A stretch of DNA of 64,000 bases from Anthoceros angustus (Eukaryota; Plantae; Anthocerotophyta), in NCBI GenBank assembly GCA_010909165.1, contig MU008170.1:1364001-1428000 (forward strand), read 5' to 3'. This document shows, one piece after another, positions 24,301 through 37,030 of the stretch (position 1 is its first letter; each line of letters starts with the position of its first letter). The position numbers and the translations under genes were made by a program. Under the pieces are notes generated by a model. That model was not told the DNA's origin and ran no database searches. It saw nothing but the letters and a program-made list of their open reading frames with translations.

Positions 24301-25900
24301 GCTGAAAATTTGACATTTGTGTAGCACAAGAGAAGTAGAAGGGCATAATTGGAATTGAACCTACAAACAAATTATCTAGCTTCTATATTTTCTTTTCATA
24401 CTCAACTTTTTAGGGCATGTTTTACTATACATATAAATAAGGATGTTTTCAATAATAAAGTAGACACTTGATGTAAAGTGATGCGTAGTGAGAAGAAAGC
24501 ACAAAGTATTGCATGTGTTGTTGTTAAGTAGATGCGGCTGGTTGATGTCTGTATGTGATCGAAGATGGATGCTATATGAGCATATCTGAATCATTTCATT
24601 TAGAGTAATCTGCAAGTTTGGCAAAGTTGTAATAAAAGACTGGCTAAACCAAATGGAGTTCATAGTTTTATCTGCAGAGAAATTTTACCAAGGTCAATAA
24701 CTTCCTATTTGCATTTGTGGAGGTCCATAGAATTAGTTGAGAGAGGGTTGCGATATGCAGATAACATGTTTGCACAAGCTAGTGTTATACAAGGCAACCT
24801 CGCGATTCCTTTTTATAAGTTATCTAGACCAAACAACTCTACCTGTAAGATGTTTTACACGTAGTCATTCTGCCTACTAGTCGCTATAAGGCTTTCTAGT
24901 AGCAACCAACTTGTTTGGCTTCCCGTAAGCACCCTAATCTGACCTCTAAGTGTTCTATGTCGTAGAAGTCATTCTGCATCTCAAAAATGTCACCGTGATA
25001 AATCCTTACACCGTGGATAGGGCTATGATCTCGAAGTTCGGCCACACCCCAGGAGGCCTGTTTACCATCACAAGCTCATGAATAGGTCAGGCCCATCTGG
25101 TGATTGCATTCTAGAGACTGAACTGGTGGGGCGTCCTGAACCGGAGAGTGGGGTGTTTAACGGAAAAGAATGGTTTTAATTGGTTGAGCCCCTCCCGTTG
25201 GTGTTAGAGGACATGAAGATCGTAAAGAAAGGTGTTTGTGGACCAACCATCTACATGAAGGGTGTAATTAGCCTTCCAATGACGTTTGCTTGGAGCCTAA
25301 GAGCTGGTGCTGAATTTGTAGGTTATATGGAGAGACCCAAGAACAGAACAGAAAGTGGGGGCATGCTTAGCTATGAGCTTCTTAGCCAAGGCAGAATCTT
25401 CAACTTCTAGTGTACTTCATCTCAACTTCCTAAATTTAACATACAACACTTTCTAAATGCTTGCATATTGCAGCAACATCACTTGCCTCATTGTGGACTT
25501 AGCAACAACTAACCGCTTAACTAAGTTACAAAGCATGAAAACCTCATATAGATACTAAATCGTGCCATAAACATCTTTCAATGTGAAACTTCTTGAAAGT
25601 AACTAGATATTTGAGACGTGCCCTAAAAATAATAAAGCCACCCGCAAATGTGTTGATGTGTTTCTTCAACAACCTAAGTCATATTTTCTACATCAGCGAC
25701 CCCTACATAGAGTCTCATCCGTGGCCAATGATCCCACCTAATAAAGCCGGTGGCTAGCCAACCTGAGGTAGAAAATAATCGTAGAGGACAGAAGAAGAAT
25801 GAATGAGACGAGTTGTGTGAACTTTCAATGGATTTCATTCTGCTCCAAATCAACAGTCGCTTTTAAATGAACTTCCACTTCTATTCATAGCACTTGTGAA
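21400..25900. mobile_element. AT-rich, gene-free block, probably nested degenerate transposon remnants
   Basis: Low GC, only short stop-riddled ORFs, and an imperfect ~100-bp duplication at 21570/21670. No diagnostic domain was read. Confidence 0.35.
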
Positions 25901-26422
25901 TCTACAATCAGTTTGTACAAGATACTTTAACTTCAGTTTATACATGCAAGACTACACACAACTTTTCTTGCATTTACAACACTTGGACGAAACCCACAGC
26001 GCTCAAAACACGGGCAGCATTACAAGTTCCCGCGTATTTTATTTTCATGAAAACCTTTGCACAGCACCAAGCGTGCCCTAAAACCCGTTTCACACAGGGC
26101 AACAGAATATCTAATTAAAATAAAGATCCTCTGAATTTGACGAACCGTGCCCAAACTAGAAATTCTTCCGAACAACACAGACACTTCTGTAAGGAAGGTG
26201 GATGGGGGGATGTGCTGGAAGGCAGACACAAGGTGCCAGGGTGGGAGGCAGCTAGCAGTCTGCCATCACGCTACCGAGGCCAACAGGATCAGGAATCTTT
26301 GGGGCCAAGTTGGCCGACGCCCGTGTTGTGTTTTTCTTCCAGCAAAAAAACGCCAAGCAACAAATACACACGACGGAGAGGAAGCACCCACTGGAGCAAG
26401 GAGATGAATTACTGGAAACCCT

Positions 26423-28108
26423 CTAATGGAGTCGCATTTTCCGGACCGTGTTGATGTAAGTGTATGATGCAAATACCACAAATAGGCGTCGATACCTGGC
26501 AAGTAAAGTTGGTAGTGTGAGTGAACATTGTTGCTTATGGAGAATGCCTGGATAAAGCACAAGAGAAAGCCCTGCTACGACCTCTACGACCTTGGCTTGG
26601 ACATGTATGTTACATACCAAATCCACTGGCTCCGATGTTGCCTCATGGCTTCAATACTGGTCCACACGTTTGGGCTGACGTATAGCTGCACCCTTTGTTT
26701 GGGGTACCAGAATCGCTCCCAGAGGGCCAGCGCCAGGTCCAGTGGCCCACTGTATTTGCGCAAAATGTTTCTGCTAACCTGCAGCCAACCGTTTCAGTTT
26801 GAGGTCAAGCCACTTGCAGGTAACCGTGAACCAGGTAATGCAGGTGATGGTTAGTTGCATACAAGTTCCCAGCCTTGAACAGCAGGGTGCTGAGCATGAG
26901 GCTGTCTCAAGGACTTCATCCGGTCCTCCGCAAGAAACGTTCTGCAGAAAGTACGCGCATCTGTTAGGGAAGGAGTCCCATGTCAGCAAAGGAAAAATGC
27001 AAGTCCGAAACAGGAGGACATCAGTGCACACCGAACACCGTGATAGACTGCTATGTGATTGGGATGTCCAGAGACCCCGTACTTGTCAAATGTAAGTATC
27101 TGCAAAACCCATTACTGCACACAGCTCAGACCATCCGGTCCAAGTGCTCGTGAAGATGGGTGAAAGTGCTATACGGGGAAGAGCTCCCTTACACAGCTGA
27201 TTTTGTGATCAGTCACTTGTTCCCGGACAACTTTCACGACATCCTGCACCTTCCAGGGCTGATGAAATCCATCCTGCACGCCATACGGCAGCATGCCCCT
27301 TCCTGAGACTCACTATCTTTCCGATGAAAAGGCACACAGACAGGCAGAGCTACACACTTGAAGGTGCATACAGCAGCTACTCACTTGCAAATTGTCATGG
27401 TCCAAGATATGCACCTTTCCTGCTGGAACCTGCAGCAAGCTAGCGGCCTTTGTCAGTCTCGGAGCAGTGCCATACATTTTGCAACCAGCAGCCATGGTCA
27501 AGATGAATAAGCCAACAGGCCACCTTGAGCACAGAACAAGCTCGGATCATTTCCGCCTCCCGGATTTTCCCCAATCCATCGGCGTTTCCTGTGCAGATAA
27601 CGATCTTCAATTCTCCCTCAATCACACATCCTCAAGGTTGGAATTCATACACTAGGTCACCTTCAGCACAGAGCAGGAATATCGAGGAGTTGCGATGAGA
27701 GAGCACCGTTTGAGAGGCAAAGAACTCGAATGTCGTACATCTCTTGGGCGGCCAGAGATAGCAAAGTGGGTCCAAAAAACCTACACACAAGCTCCTTCAA
27801 GTGAGCGCTTCTTCATGGGATATGCACTCAGGACCAAGGGAAGTGACGGGACGCTCACATGGACTCGTCATCTGGATGGGCAACCACCAGCAGCACGTTT
27901 GGCGTCCCTCCCTGCCCTGCAGAAGCAACATGAGCAACCCCGGGCCACGTCTTCGCAAGAGCAAATAGATGCTCTGAGGCAGAGATGAGCAACCCTCACC
28001 AACAAGAGCAGGCCGCGGACGGCGAATGATTCGAGAAAAGATCAGGAACAGGGGGAAACAGACGACCCAGCAAACCACGAGGGCAGGCAGAAAATCTGTG
28101 GCCGCCAT
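26423..28108 (-). CDS. PIGL: GlcNAc-phosphatidylinositol de-N-acetylase (GPI anchor biosynthesis), about 10 exons
   Basis: N-terminal TM MAATDFLPALVVCWVVCFPLFLIFSRII, then NVLLVVAHPDDESM|FFGPTL, LCLSNG|NADGLGKIREAEM, ILTFDKYGVSGHPNHIAVYHGV, ILRKYSGPLD, AMRQHRSQWIW|YRRLFVVFASYTYINT. All are GT-AG spliced. Confidence 0.95.
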
Positions 28109-31100
28109 AACCGAGCTGGGACTGGGTGGCTGCCGTCTGACAACATTCACAGGCCACTTGGAATCTTGGACGCAGCTGTAGTACTTTTTGGTTCTCGAGG
28201 ACACGCATGTCATGGAACAGACACTCAAATTCTCTTGTTTTTCCTCATCTGCGTCCCGATCTGCGCGGGATCGCAGATCCTATATAATATCAAAATTGCA
28301 TTCGGCACAGGGCCGCCGGCCGATCTTCTTCCAAACCCTAATGCCTAAAGTGGCGAACTCCTGTGACGAGCAGAGCAACCCCATACTTGTTGCAGCAGTC
28401 GATGGTATCCTGGTCCCGCACACTTCCTCCGGGATGCACGATGGCCGAAACCCCAGCCTTGCAAGCCTCCTCTACCGCATCGTTCCAGGCGAAAGGAAAG
28501 AAGGCGTCGCTGGCGAGCACCGAGCCCTTCACTTCTTCTCCCGCCTTTTCCACCGCGATCCCCACACTCTTCACCCGGTTGGGTTGCCCGCTTCCCATGC
28601 CCAGCATCCGCTTGTTCTTGGCCAACACAATGGCGTTGCTCTTCACGTGCTTCACGCACAGCCAGGCAAACTTGCAGTCCTCCACCTGGTCCACGGTGGG
28701 GAACGTCGCGCCCGCGAGCGTGAAGTCGATGTCATCCGGCACCAGCTCATCCGCATCCTGCCGAAGCCAGCCACCGGAAACCTGCCGGAACACCTGCCTG
28801 CCCTTGCTGCTCTTCTGCGCTTCCAGGATCCTGAGAGCCTTGACTTGCCCTTGAGAACCCTGAGCCCTCGTCGGTGTACTTCGGCGCAACCACAATCTCG
28901 TAGAACATCCGAGTCTCGCCGTCCGTCGGGCCTGAACTCCTGATCTCCGACGCCAGCTTCTCGTCCACCTCCACGTTGAAAGCCACGATTCCCCCGAATG
29001 CCGACACAGGATCCGCCCTCACCGCTTCCCTGTAGGCCTCGATTAGGTCAGATCCCGAGGCCACCCCGCACGGATTGGTGTGCTTCACCACCACACAGGT
29101 CGGATCGGTGAACTCACTCACACACTCCCACGCCGCATCCGCATCCAGGTAGTTGTTGTACGACATCTCCTTCCCATGGTGCTGCGTCGCAGCCGCGATC
29201 CCGCCTGCCCCGAACGATGCTAAGGAAGCGTCGGCGTACAAGGAAGCCTTCTGGTGCGGGTTCTCGCCGTACCTGAGCTGCGCCTTCAGATCCAAGGGCA
29301 GAGTCAGGCTGGGAGGACCCGTGTCCTCGGCCGTCCTGGCATGTCCCCATAGCCACTCCGCCACGGCCGTGTCGTAGGATGCAACATGCTGGAAAGCCTT
29401 CCATGCCAGCCGCCTCCTGAACCTCTCCTCCGGCTCCGTCCTCTGGCCCTGCAAATGCGCCAGCAGGTCCTGGTAGTCGGCGGGATCCACAACAACAAGC
29501 ACATGCTTGTGGTTCTTAGCCGCGGCCCTGATCATTGCCGGCCCCCCGATGTCGATCTTCTCCAAGCTCTCGTCGAAGGAGGAGCGGTTCACAGACGCCG
29601 TCACCGTGCCGTAGAAGGGATACAGGTTCACCACCACAAGATCAATGCTCCCGATTCCGTGCTCCCGCAACGAGTCCATATGCGAATCCACATCCCTCCT
29701 GGCCAGGATCCCGCCGTGCACTGCGGGATGCAGAGTCTTGACACGCCCGTCCAGCATCTCCGGGAAGGACGTGAGCTGATCCACCTGCGTCACCGGGCAT
29801 CCGGCCTTCTGCAGCGACGCCGCCGTGCCGCCGGTGGACACCAGGGAGAATCCCAGGTCTGTCAAGCCCTTGCCTAGCGACTCCAACCCCGTCTTGTCTG
29901 AGAGCGAGATGAGAGCCAGCCGAGGTGTTGCTGCAGAAGCTGCTGCTGCCCTGCAGAAGCAACATGAGCAACCCTGGGCCACGTCTTCGCAAGAGCAAAT
30001 AGATGCTCTGAGGCAGAGATGAGCAACCCTCACCAATAAGAGCAGGCCGCGGACGGCGAATGATTCGAGAAAGATCAGGAACAGGGGAAACAGACGACCC
30101 AGCAAACCACGAGGGCAGGCAGAAAATCTGTGGCCGCCATAACCGAGTTGGGACTGGGTGGCTGCCGTCTGACAACATTCACAGGCCACTTGGAATCTTG
30201 GACGCAGCTGTAGTACTTTTTGGTTCTCGAGGACACGCATGTCATGGAACAGACACTCAAATTCTCTTGTTTTTCCTCATCTGCGTCCCGATCTGCGCGG
30301 GATCGCAGATCCTATATAATATCAAAATTGCATTCGGCACAGGGCCGCCGGCCGATCTTCTTCCAAACCCTAATGCCTAAAGTGGCGAACTCCTGTGACG
30401 AGCAGAGCAACCCCATACTTGTTGCAGCAGTCGATGGTATCCTGGTCCCGCACACTTCCTCCGGGATGCACGATGGCCGAAACCCCAGCCTTGCAAGCCT
30501 CCTCTACTGCATCGTTCCAGGCGAAAGGAAAGAAGGCGTCGCTGGCGAGCACCGAGCCCTTCACTTCTCCCGCCTTTTCCACCGCGATCCCCACACTCTT
30601 CACCCGGTTGGGTTGCCCGCTTCCCATGCCCAGCATCCGCTTGTTCTTGGCCAACACAATGGCGTTGCTCTTCACGTGCTTCACGCACAGCCAGGCAAAC
30701 TTGCAGTCCTCCACCTGGTCCACGGTGGGGAACGTCGCGCCCGCGAGCGTGAAGTCGATGTCATCCGGCACCAGCTCATCCGCATCCTGCCGAAGCCAGC
30801 CACCGGAAACCTGCCGGAACACCTGCCTGCCCTTGCTGCTCTTCTGCGCTTCCAGGATCCTGAGAGCCTTGGACTTGCCCTTGAGAACCCTGAGCCCCTC
30901 GTCGGTGTACTTCGGCGCAACCACAATCTCGTAGAACATCCGAGTCTCGCCGTCCGTCGGGCTCCGGAACTCCCTGATCTCCGACGCCAGCTTCTCGTCC
31001 ACCTCCACGTTGAAAGCCACGATTCCCCCGAATGCCGACACAGGATCCGCCCTCACCGCTTCCCTGTAGGCCTCGATTAGGTCAGATCCCGAGGCCACCC

Positions 31101-31979
31101 CGCACGGATTGGTGTGCTTCACCACCACACAGGTCGGATCGGTGAACTCACTCACACACTCCCACGCCGCATCCGCATCCAGGTAGTTGTTGTACGACAT
31201 CTCCTTCCCATGGTGCTGCGTCGCAGCCGCGATCCCGCCTGCCCTGAACGATGCTAAGGAAGCGTCGGCGTACAAGGAAGCCTTCTGGTGCGGGTTCTCG
31301 CTGTACCTGAGCTGCGCCTTCAGATCCAAGGGCAGAGTCAGGCTGGGAGGACCCGTGTCCTCGGCCGTCCTGGCATGTCCCCATAGCCACTCCGCCACGG
31401 CCGTGTCGTAGGATGCAACATGCTGGAAAGCCTTCCATGCCAGCCGCCTCCTGAACCTCTCTCCGGCTCCGTCCTCTGGCCCTGCAAATGCGCCAGCAGG
31501 TCCTGGTAGTCGGCGGGATCCACAACAACAAGCACATTGTGGTTCTTAGCCGCGGCCCTGATCATTGCCGGCCCCCCGATGTCGATCTTCTCCAAGCTCT
31601 CGTCGAAGGAGGAGCGGTTCACAGACGCCGTCACCGTGCCGTAGAAGGGATACAGGTTCACCACCACAAGATCAATGCTCCCGATTCCGTGCTCCCGCAA
31701 CGAGTCCATATGCGAATCCACATCCCTCCTGGCCAGGATCCCGCCGTGCACTGCGGGATGCAGAGTCTTGACACGCCCGTCCAGCATCTCCGGGAAGGAC
31801 GTGAGCTGATCCACCTGCGTCACCGGGCATCCGGCCTTCTGCAGCGACGCCGCCGTGCCGCCGGTGGACACCAGGGAGAATCCCAGGTCTGTCAAGCCCT
31901 TGCCTAGCGACTCCAACCCCGTCTTGTCTGAGAGCGAGATGAGAGCCAGCCGAGGTGTTGCTGCAGAAGCTGCTGCTGC
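27912..31979. repeat. ~2034-bp direct tandem duplication (copy A 27912-29949, copy B 29946-31979)
   Basis: Near-identical sequence at offset 2032-2034. The junction has ctgc microhomology and ctgcagaagc on both sides. Confidence 0.95.
28338..29950 (-). pseudogene. purH: purH copy A: lacks the plastid transit peptide, sits behind a duplicated PIG-L exon 1/intron 1, and is frameshifted near 28840-28945 as assembled
   Basis: [93 protein letters not shown]. Confidence 0.85.
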
Positions 31980-32276
31980 TCCTGCTGCGCTTCCTTGCTC
32001 CTCCTGGACATGGACTGCTGCAGAGACCTCGCTCTGCGAGGCTCGTGCACCCGTCATCACCCTGGTCCCCAGCACAACACGCTCCTGCTGCTGCTGCCGG
32101 AACTTGGGAAGCCGGATGAATGCGCAAGTGCGCAGCTTGGACAACGCATCCCGCGACTCCACCACGGCTGCAGCTGCCAGAGGACGAGAGGCGATGGAAG
32201 GGGCCGCGGCCATCGCCATGCCCGCGCCGACAGCGCAGCTCGCCTTGACTCCCTCACGCAAGACACATTTTCCCAC
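30370..32276 (-). CDS. purH: Intronless bifunctional AICAR transformylase/IMP cyclohydrolase with plastid transit peptide (copy B); one 1-nt frameshift near 31460 as assembled
   Basis: Ala/Ser/Arg-rich leader ([19 protein letters not shown]...), the same catalytic motifs as copy A, and the end GVRHFRH*. Confidence 0.92.
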
Positions 32277-32452
32277 CTTTTCCTAATCGAGAAACGTAGG
32301 GCGCAAATTGCTGCTTCAAATTCCAATGACTTCGAAGTGTTCTCACATCCGAACCCCTAGTACAGACCTAGCCTTGATAAGGAACTAATGTCTAACATTT
32401 CTACGTCCAAAACAACCAAGCCCCTTTTTCTGGGTAAGACTCAGCTAGGTAC

Positions 32453-35084
32453 TCAGCTCGGAGCAACTGTCTGATGAAACTTCTTCCCTGCGTCAACAGC
32501 CTCCCTGTCGGACGCGGACATGAACAACGTAAGAATTCAAGTCATATCAAGGCCGTTATTTCACAGGGATGAATACTTGGAGGGGACATGCTTACTGTAA
32601 AGCCGCAGTCAGCTCTTTGTTCTCGGGATCCAGCACGACTGCCTGATAGAATGCTTCGGCTGCTTCATCGAAGCGCTGCTCAAGCAAGTGTCGACACATG
32701 TAAGCAGTTGTTAACACCTACAGACTCAGCAGCACCTGGGGAAGCACATCACAGGATGTATTAACTACCTGAAGCAGCCTCAGGGCAGCTCCTTCCCGGT
32801 AACAAGCTTTGGACCACGTTGGTCTCAACCTCCTTGCAGTCCGGGCATCTGAGAGGGCGTGTTCAGCTTGCCCCAGTCTCATCCAGCATAGACTCCTGTT
32901 TGAGTAGAGTTCAGAATTGCTGGGGTCCAGATCAATTGCCTGAGCAGCTAGATTTGATTAGCATACTGGGACACACTTGCTGCACAGACGTTGAACTTTG
33001 GAACTGGATTCGCACCTGAGTGTAAGCATCACAGGCAGATAAGAAATTCTTCTGCTTGAAGGCATCAGTTCCTCTTGCCTTCGCTTCAAGTGCCTTTGCA
33101 ATTCTCTCTGGTGAGACCGGTTCGGCCTCTTTAACCTTTTTCTTCTCACTCTGAAACAGAAAAACACCACAGGTTGAAGGCACACTTTCCATTGAAGTGC
33201 AGAAGTGTCGTTGCTTAAATCGTGAAGCACACATGCACAAACCCCACAGTATTGAGGATCTCAGAGTCCTCTTTCTTGCATCCATAGGCTCAGCGCGTGC
33301 TCCAGCAAGCTATGGTTGTCTGGACCATTGCAATTCAGTCATGGAAAAGAAGCAACAGGAGCCGTTGTGGGCAGCAAAGTGGTGGGTTAGCAGGTAGTCT
33401 AGAAGCGCCGGTGATTACCTCAGCTTCTGCAGCGGCACCTTCTGCCTGTGCCCATAATATGATGCCATCCACAGTCCAGTCCCTGATTGTTGTACCTGGA
33501 GATGTTACATCCAACAGCTGCTCTACAACAGCCCGGTGACCTCTAGCCGCAGCTATATGGATGGGCTTAGCCTTGTCCTAAGAAAGATTCAAGAGGCATT
33601 GTTTCAGCAACTTCCAACGATAACACGCAAACATCAAAGGAGATGCAAGAAGCAAGCACTTCAACAAGGACCAGGCAAGAACTGAGGATTTTCTTACATC
33701 ATCAAAAGCATTCGGATCAGCCCCGGCATTGAGCAAAAAAGAAACCATGACATCATCTCCACTGTCCGCAGCAACATGCAATGGTGTAGCACCTCCAGCT
33801 CTCACATTAGCATCTGCACCTTTCTGCAATACACAAGCTTCTAGGTTCAATAAACCCCAGCCTAGTAGGTGCTGGGCGGTGTTCTATAGCAGCGGGTGCA
33901 GCTGTGCTACCAACTGCAAAGTCAGCGGAACTCACGTCCAGCAGTATCTTGACACAATGTGTTGCTCCGGCAGCTGTGGCGCTGAATAAGGGCGTGACAT
34001 CATCCTCTGAAGCAGAGTTCGGCTGCAAGTTCAGAGGGAGAGAGATTGCTAAGGAACAGCATAAAACTCACCCAATGCCCACGCTACCAAGCTGGTTTGC
34101 TTTTTTCCAAATTTGTGGCATGCACTCACATTTGCACCTCTATCCAGAAGCAGTTCCACTGCCTCTGCCTTCCCGCTTCCAGCTGCCCAAATCAACGGTG
34201 GTCCTGCATCACTAGAGGCCTCCACGCTCACTCCCTTGTCCAGCAAGGCAGTCACCAGCTCCAGAGACCCTGCAGCATAGCCCAACCCTTCCGAAGTAAA
34301 CATAACGAACGGACTCACTCTCCATATCGGAGATACATCACAATTCCCCACACTAACCTGTAGCAGCAGCATGATGCAGTGCGTTAGCTGACAACTCATT
34401 CGAAGCAGCAAAGGGATCTGCACCACGGCTGAGAAGATAAAGGGCAGTTGAAGTATGACCCAGCCTTGCAGCATGGATGAGAGGGGTGTCTCCTGTACGC
34501 ACAGCCACCAGTTGGACTTTGGTACCACAATTCACCCCCCTGTACACGTGCATATCCGAAACTCAAGGGTCCGCGTGCCTAAGCAGCTAGGACTGCATTC
34601 AGAAACACCCCAGAGACCAAGGCAGCCAGCATGTACCATCCTTATCCCTGGGATCCACCGGCAACTTCAGCTCCTCCAATATATACTTGCACACGTCAGT
34701 CCGCCCTTCCAAGGCAGCAAAATGCAACGACCCCCGCTCGTTCCCATCCTTCACCTCCTCAACAGCCTCCCCGAGACCGTCCCCTCCATCCAGCACCCGA
34801 GCAGCCCCTGCAACCCGCAAAATCAGAAACCCCTCCCTGCCTACCCATCACCACGGCAAGGACCAAGATTCCCAATTCCCAACCTTTAAACCCATCCAAG
34901 TCCCCCGCCCTTGCGGCCTCCAGCAGCCGCTGCACCTTCCCCCGCTCTGCAGACCCGGATTCCCACAGTTAGGTCTAATCTCCAGCCATGGACACAGCAC
35001 AACAGAGCAGCATAGGCAGCTGGCACCCGAAACCATCGCAGTACCGGACATAGCATGAGCAGCATCCGCCTGAGCAGGCGCCAT
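32453..35084 (-). CDS. Ankyrin-repeat plus C-terminal TPR protein (TPR10-like), multi-exon
   Basis: MAPAQADAAHA..KVQRLLEAARAGDLDGFK; ankyrin repeats SLHFAALEG, GDTPLIHAA, PPLIWAAG, VTPLFSA, GATPLHVAADSG; TPR KARGTDAFKQKNFLSACDAYTQ...DPENKEL. Confidence 0.9.
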
Positions 35085-35573
35085 GGCCACCACTTGCAAG
35101 CTGCAAACGCGCTCGTTCCTAGGGCTTCACCGTCCCAGCCCGCTGATTCATCGGAATCCCGAACACCGCGTTTCACGAATCGATATCCAATCGCACGCCT
35201 TGCTTCCAGAATCAGCACACCACCCAACTTGCTCCTCCCTCGTGCTTTCCTGGACGACGATCCGAAAGCTGGCCCGCGCAATTAGCCGCCGGGACGCCCC
35301 ACATGGCCTCGGAAGAAGCAGCCGGCAGTGCATATGGAACATGGCGCGTTGACTTTTTGACCCTCCCCTTCCGTGAAACTTCCAAGCTCTTCTCCCATTT
35401 TGTGCTCCCTGGAGCACCATCTCCGCATTCCTTGCTGCACAGTGCACACGACCCGATTCCTGAAGCAGACAGCGCGCCATCTCCATCCCAGCTCGCAGAA
35501 CAGCATTCTGCAGCAGACCCACAAAGTCCCGCCATCCGCATTTGCGAAATCTCGTTGTGGGCAGTATCGCAAA

Positions 35574-36812
35574 ATGGCATCGTCCCATAGCCTGCTGATG
35601 CCGCTGCCGAATCTCGGCTCCCGAGCATCCTCCTCGACGGCGTGTTGGGGTGGCGTGGTCGTGAAGGCGAGGGGATTGAATGGTGATGGAGAGCTGAGGG
35701 CATGTTTCGGGAGCCTCCCCAGGAGGAGGCCGGAGTCGGCCCACCCGGCCCGGCTGCGGCTCGGAGTCGGATGCTCCGGGCTGTCCGCCATTTCCAACTC
35801 GCAGAGCTTCACCCGCTCGGCTCACGTCGTGCGGTTCCTGGCTCCACGGTATGGGTGTGTATCATGCTTGGCCGGGTTGGAACAATGCGGGCTCGGAATG
35901 CGGGGATTCATGTTGCAGCGTCTTGTGTTGGGTGCAGGCCGGTGGAGGGCGGGCAGGAGAAGGTGGTGAGGCTTGTGGTGGCGGCGATCTTGAACTTGTG
36001 AGTGCTGGGTTGTAAGCCTTTTGGGTGATGGAGGAGCGGGATGCATGTGATGGCGTCGTTTTGGTCGAAGTACTGATCTTGCTTGGTCTTGGGTTGGTGG
36101 TGGCAGCTTCAAGGCCGTCTGGGAGTTCCTGTTCAAGGGCCCGGCGTTGCTGCTGGCCAAGCAGCTAGAAAGTGAGTGTAGATGGGAAGGATTTGAGGAT
36201 TCCAGTGTCCTGTGGTCGAGTCTCGAGAGGTTCGTCATTTTTCTCACCCTGGCGGATTATCGATGGTGCAGGAAAGGTGGATAAGGCAACGGACGTGGTA
36301 GAGGATGCGGCTAATTTTGTGATCTCCTTGACCAAGGCTGGGAGAAAGGTGGCGGACACGGTGGAGGATGGGTTGGAGCAAGTGGAGAAGTTCGCTACGA
36401 AGGTGTGTGATTGTGAAGGATATGGTGACTTGTTTCTTCCATGCTTGAATTTGTGAAAGGAACATAGACGGGTAGGTAGGTAGGTACATTTTTACATGCT
36501 GCAGGTCTCGCAGCAGTATGGACTACAGTAGTTTGGAATCCTGATTTCCTACAGGTTGTGGAGGCGACGGAGAAGATTGACGACAAGATGGAGGATGCAG
36601 TAGACCTGCTAGAAAACGCTGGGGAGTTTGCGGCTGCGGAGGCAGCCAAGGAGGCGGTCGTGGCGGCTGCGTTGAAGGAAAAGACTGCCACAGTGCAGCA
36701 GAAGAGTGCAGAGCTTGCTGCCGCCACCATCGAGCTCAAGACGGCCAGCACTGAGCTTGTGCAAACGGTTGAATCGAGCACCAGCTCTGCGACTTCGACC
36801 AAAGGCTCGTGA
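35574..36812 (+). CDS. Probable plastid-targeted alpha-helical protein of unknown function, 5 exons
   Basis: Ser/Arg-rich leader MASSHSLLMPLP... and four phase-consistent GT-AG introns leading to KVDKATDVVEDAA...KVADTVEDGLEQVEKFATK|VVEATEKIDDKMEDAVDLLE...TKGS*. Confidence 0.7.
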
Positions 36813-37030
36813 CCATATGTCCGTGTGGAGCTGGAGCTCCTCTTCTGCCTACATCGTGTGGGAGGGGAGCCGTCGTCACCATCTCAGTTGCATGCATGTA
36901 CAGATTTAAGAACAGTGCTGTGATTCTAACTGTACTATACATACAGTAAGAAACAGTGGGTCGGGTTCCTGTAGACCTTCTGTTTGCAAATACAGATAAG
37001 GATCCCCGCAGTTGACGGGGGCCAACTGAA

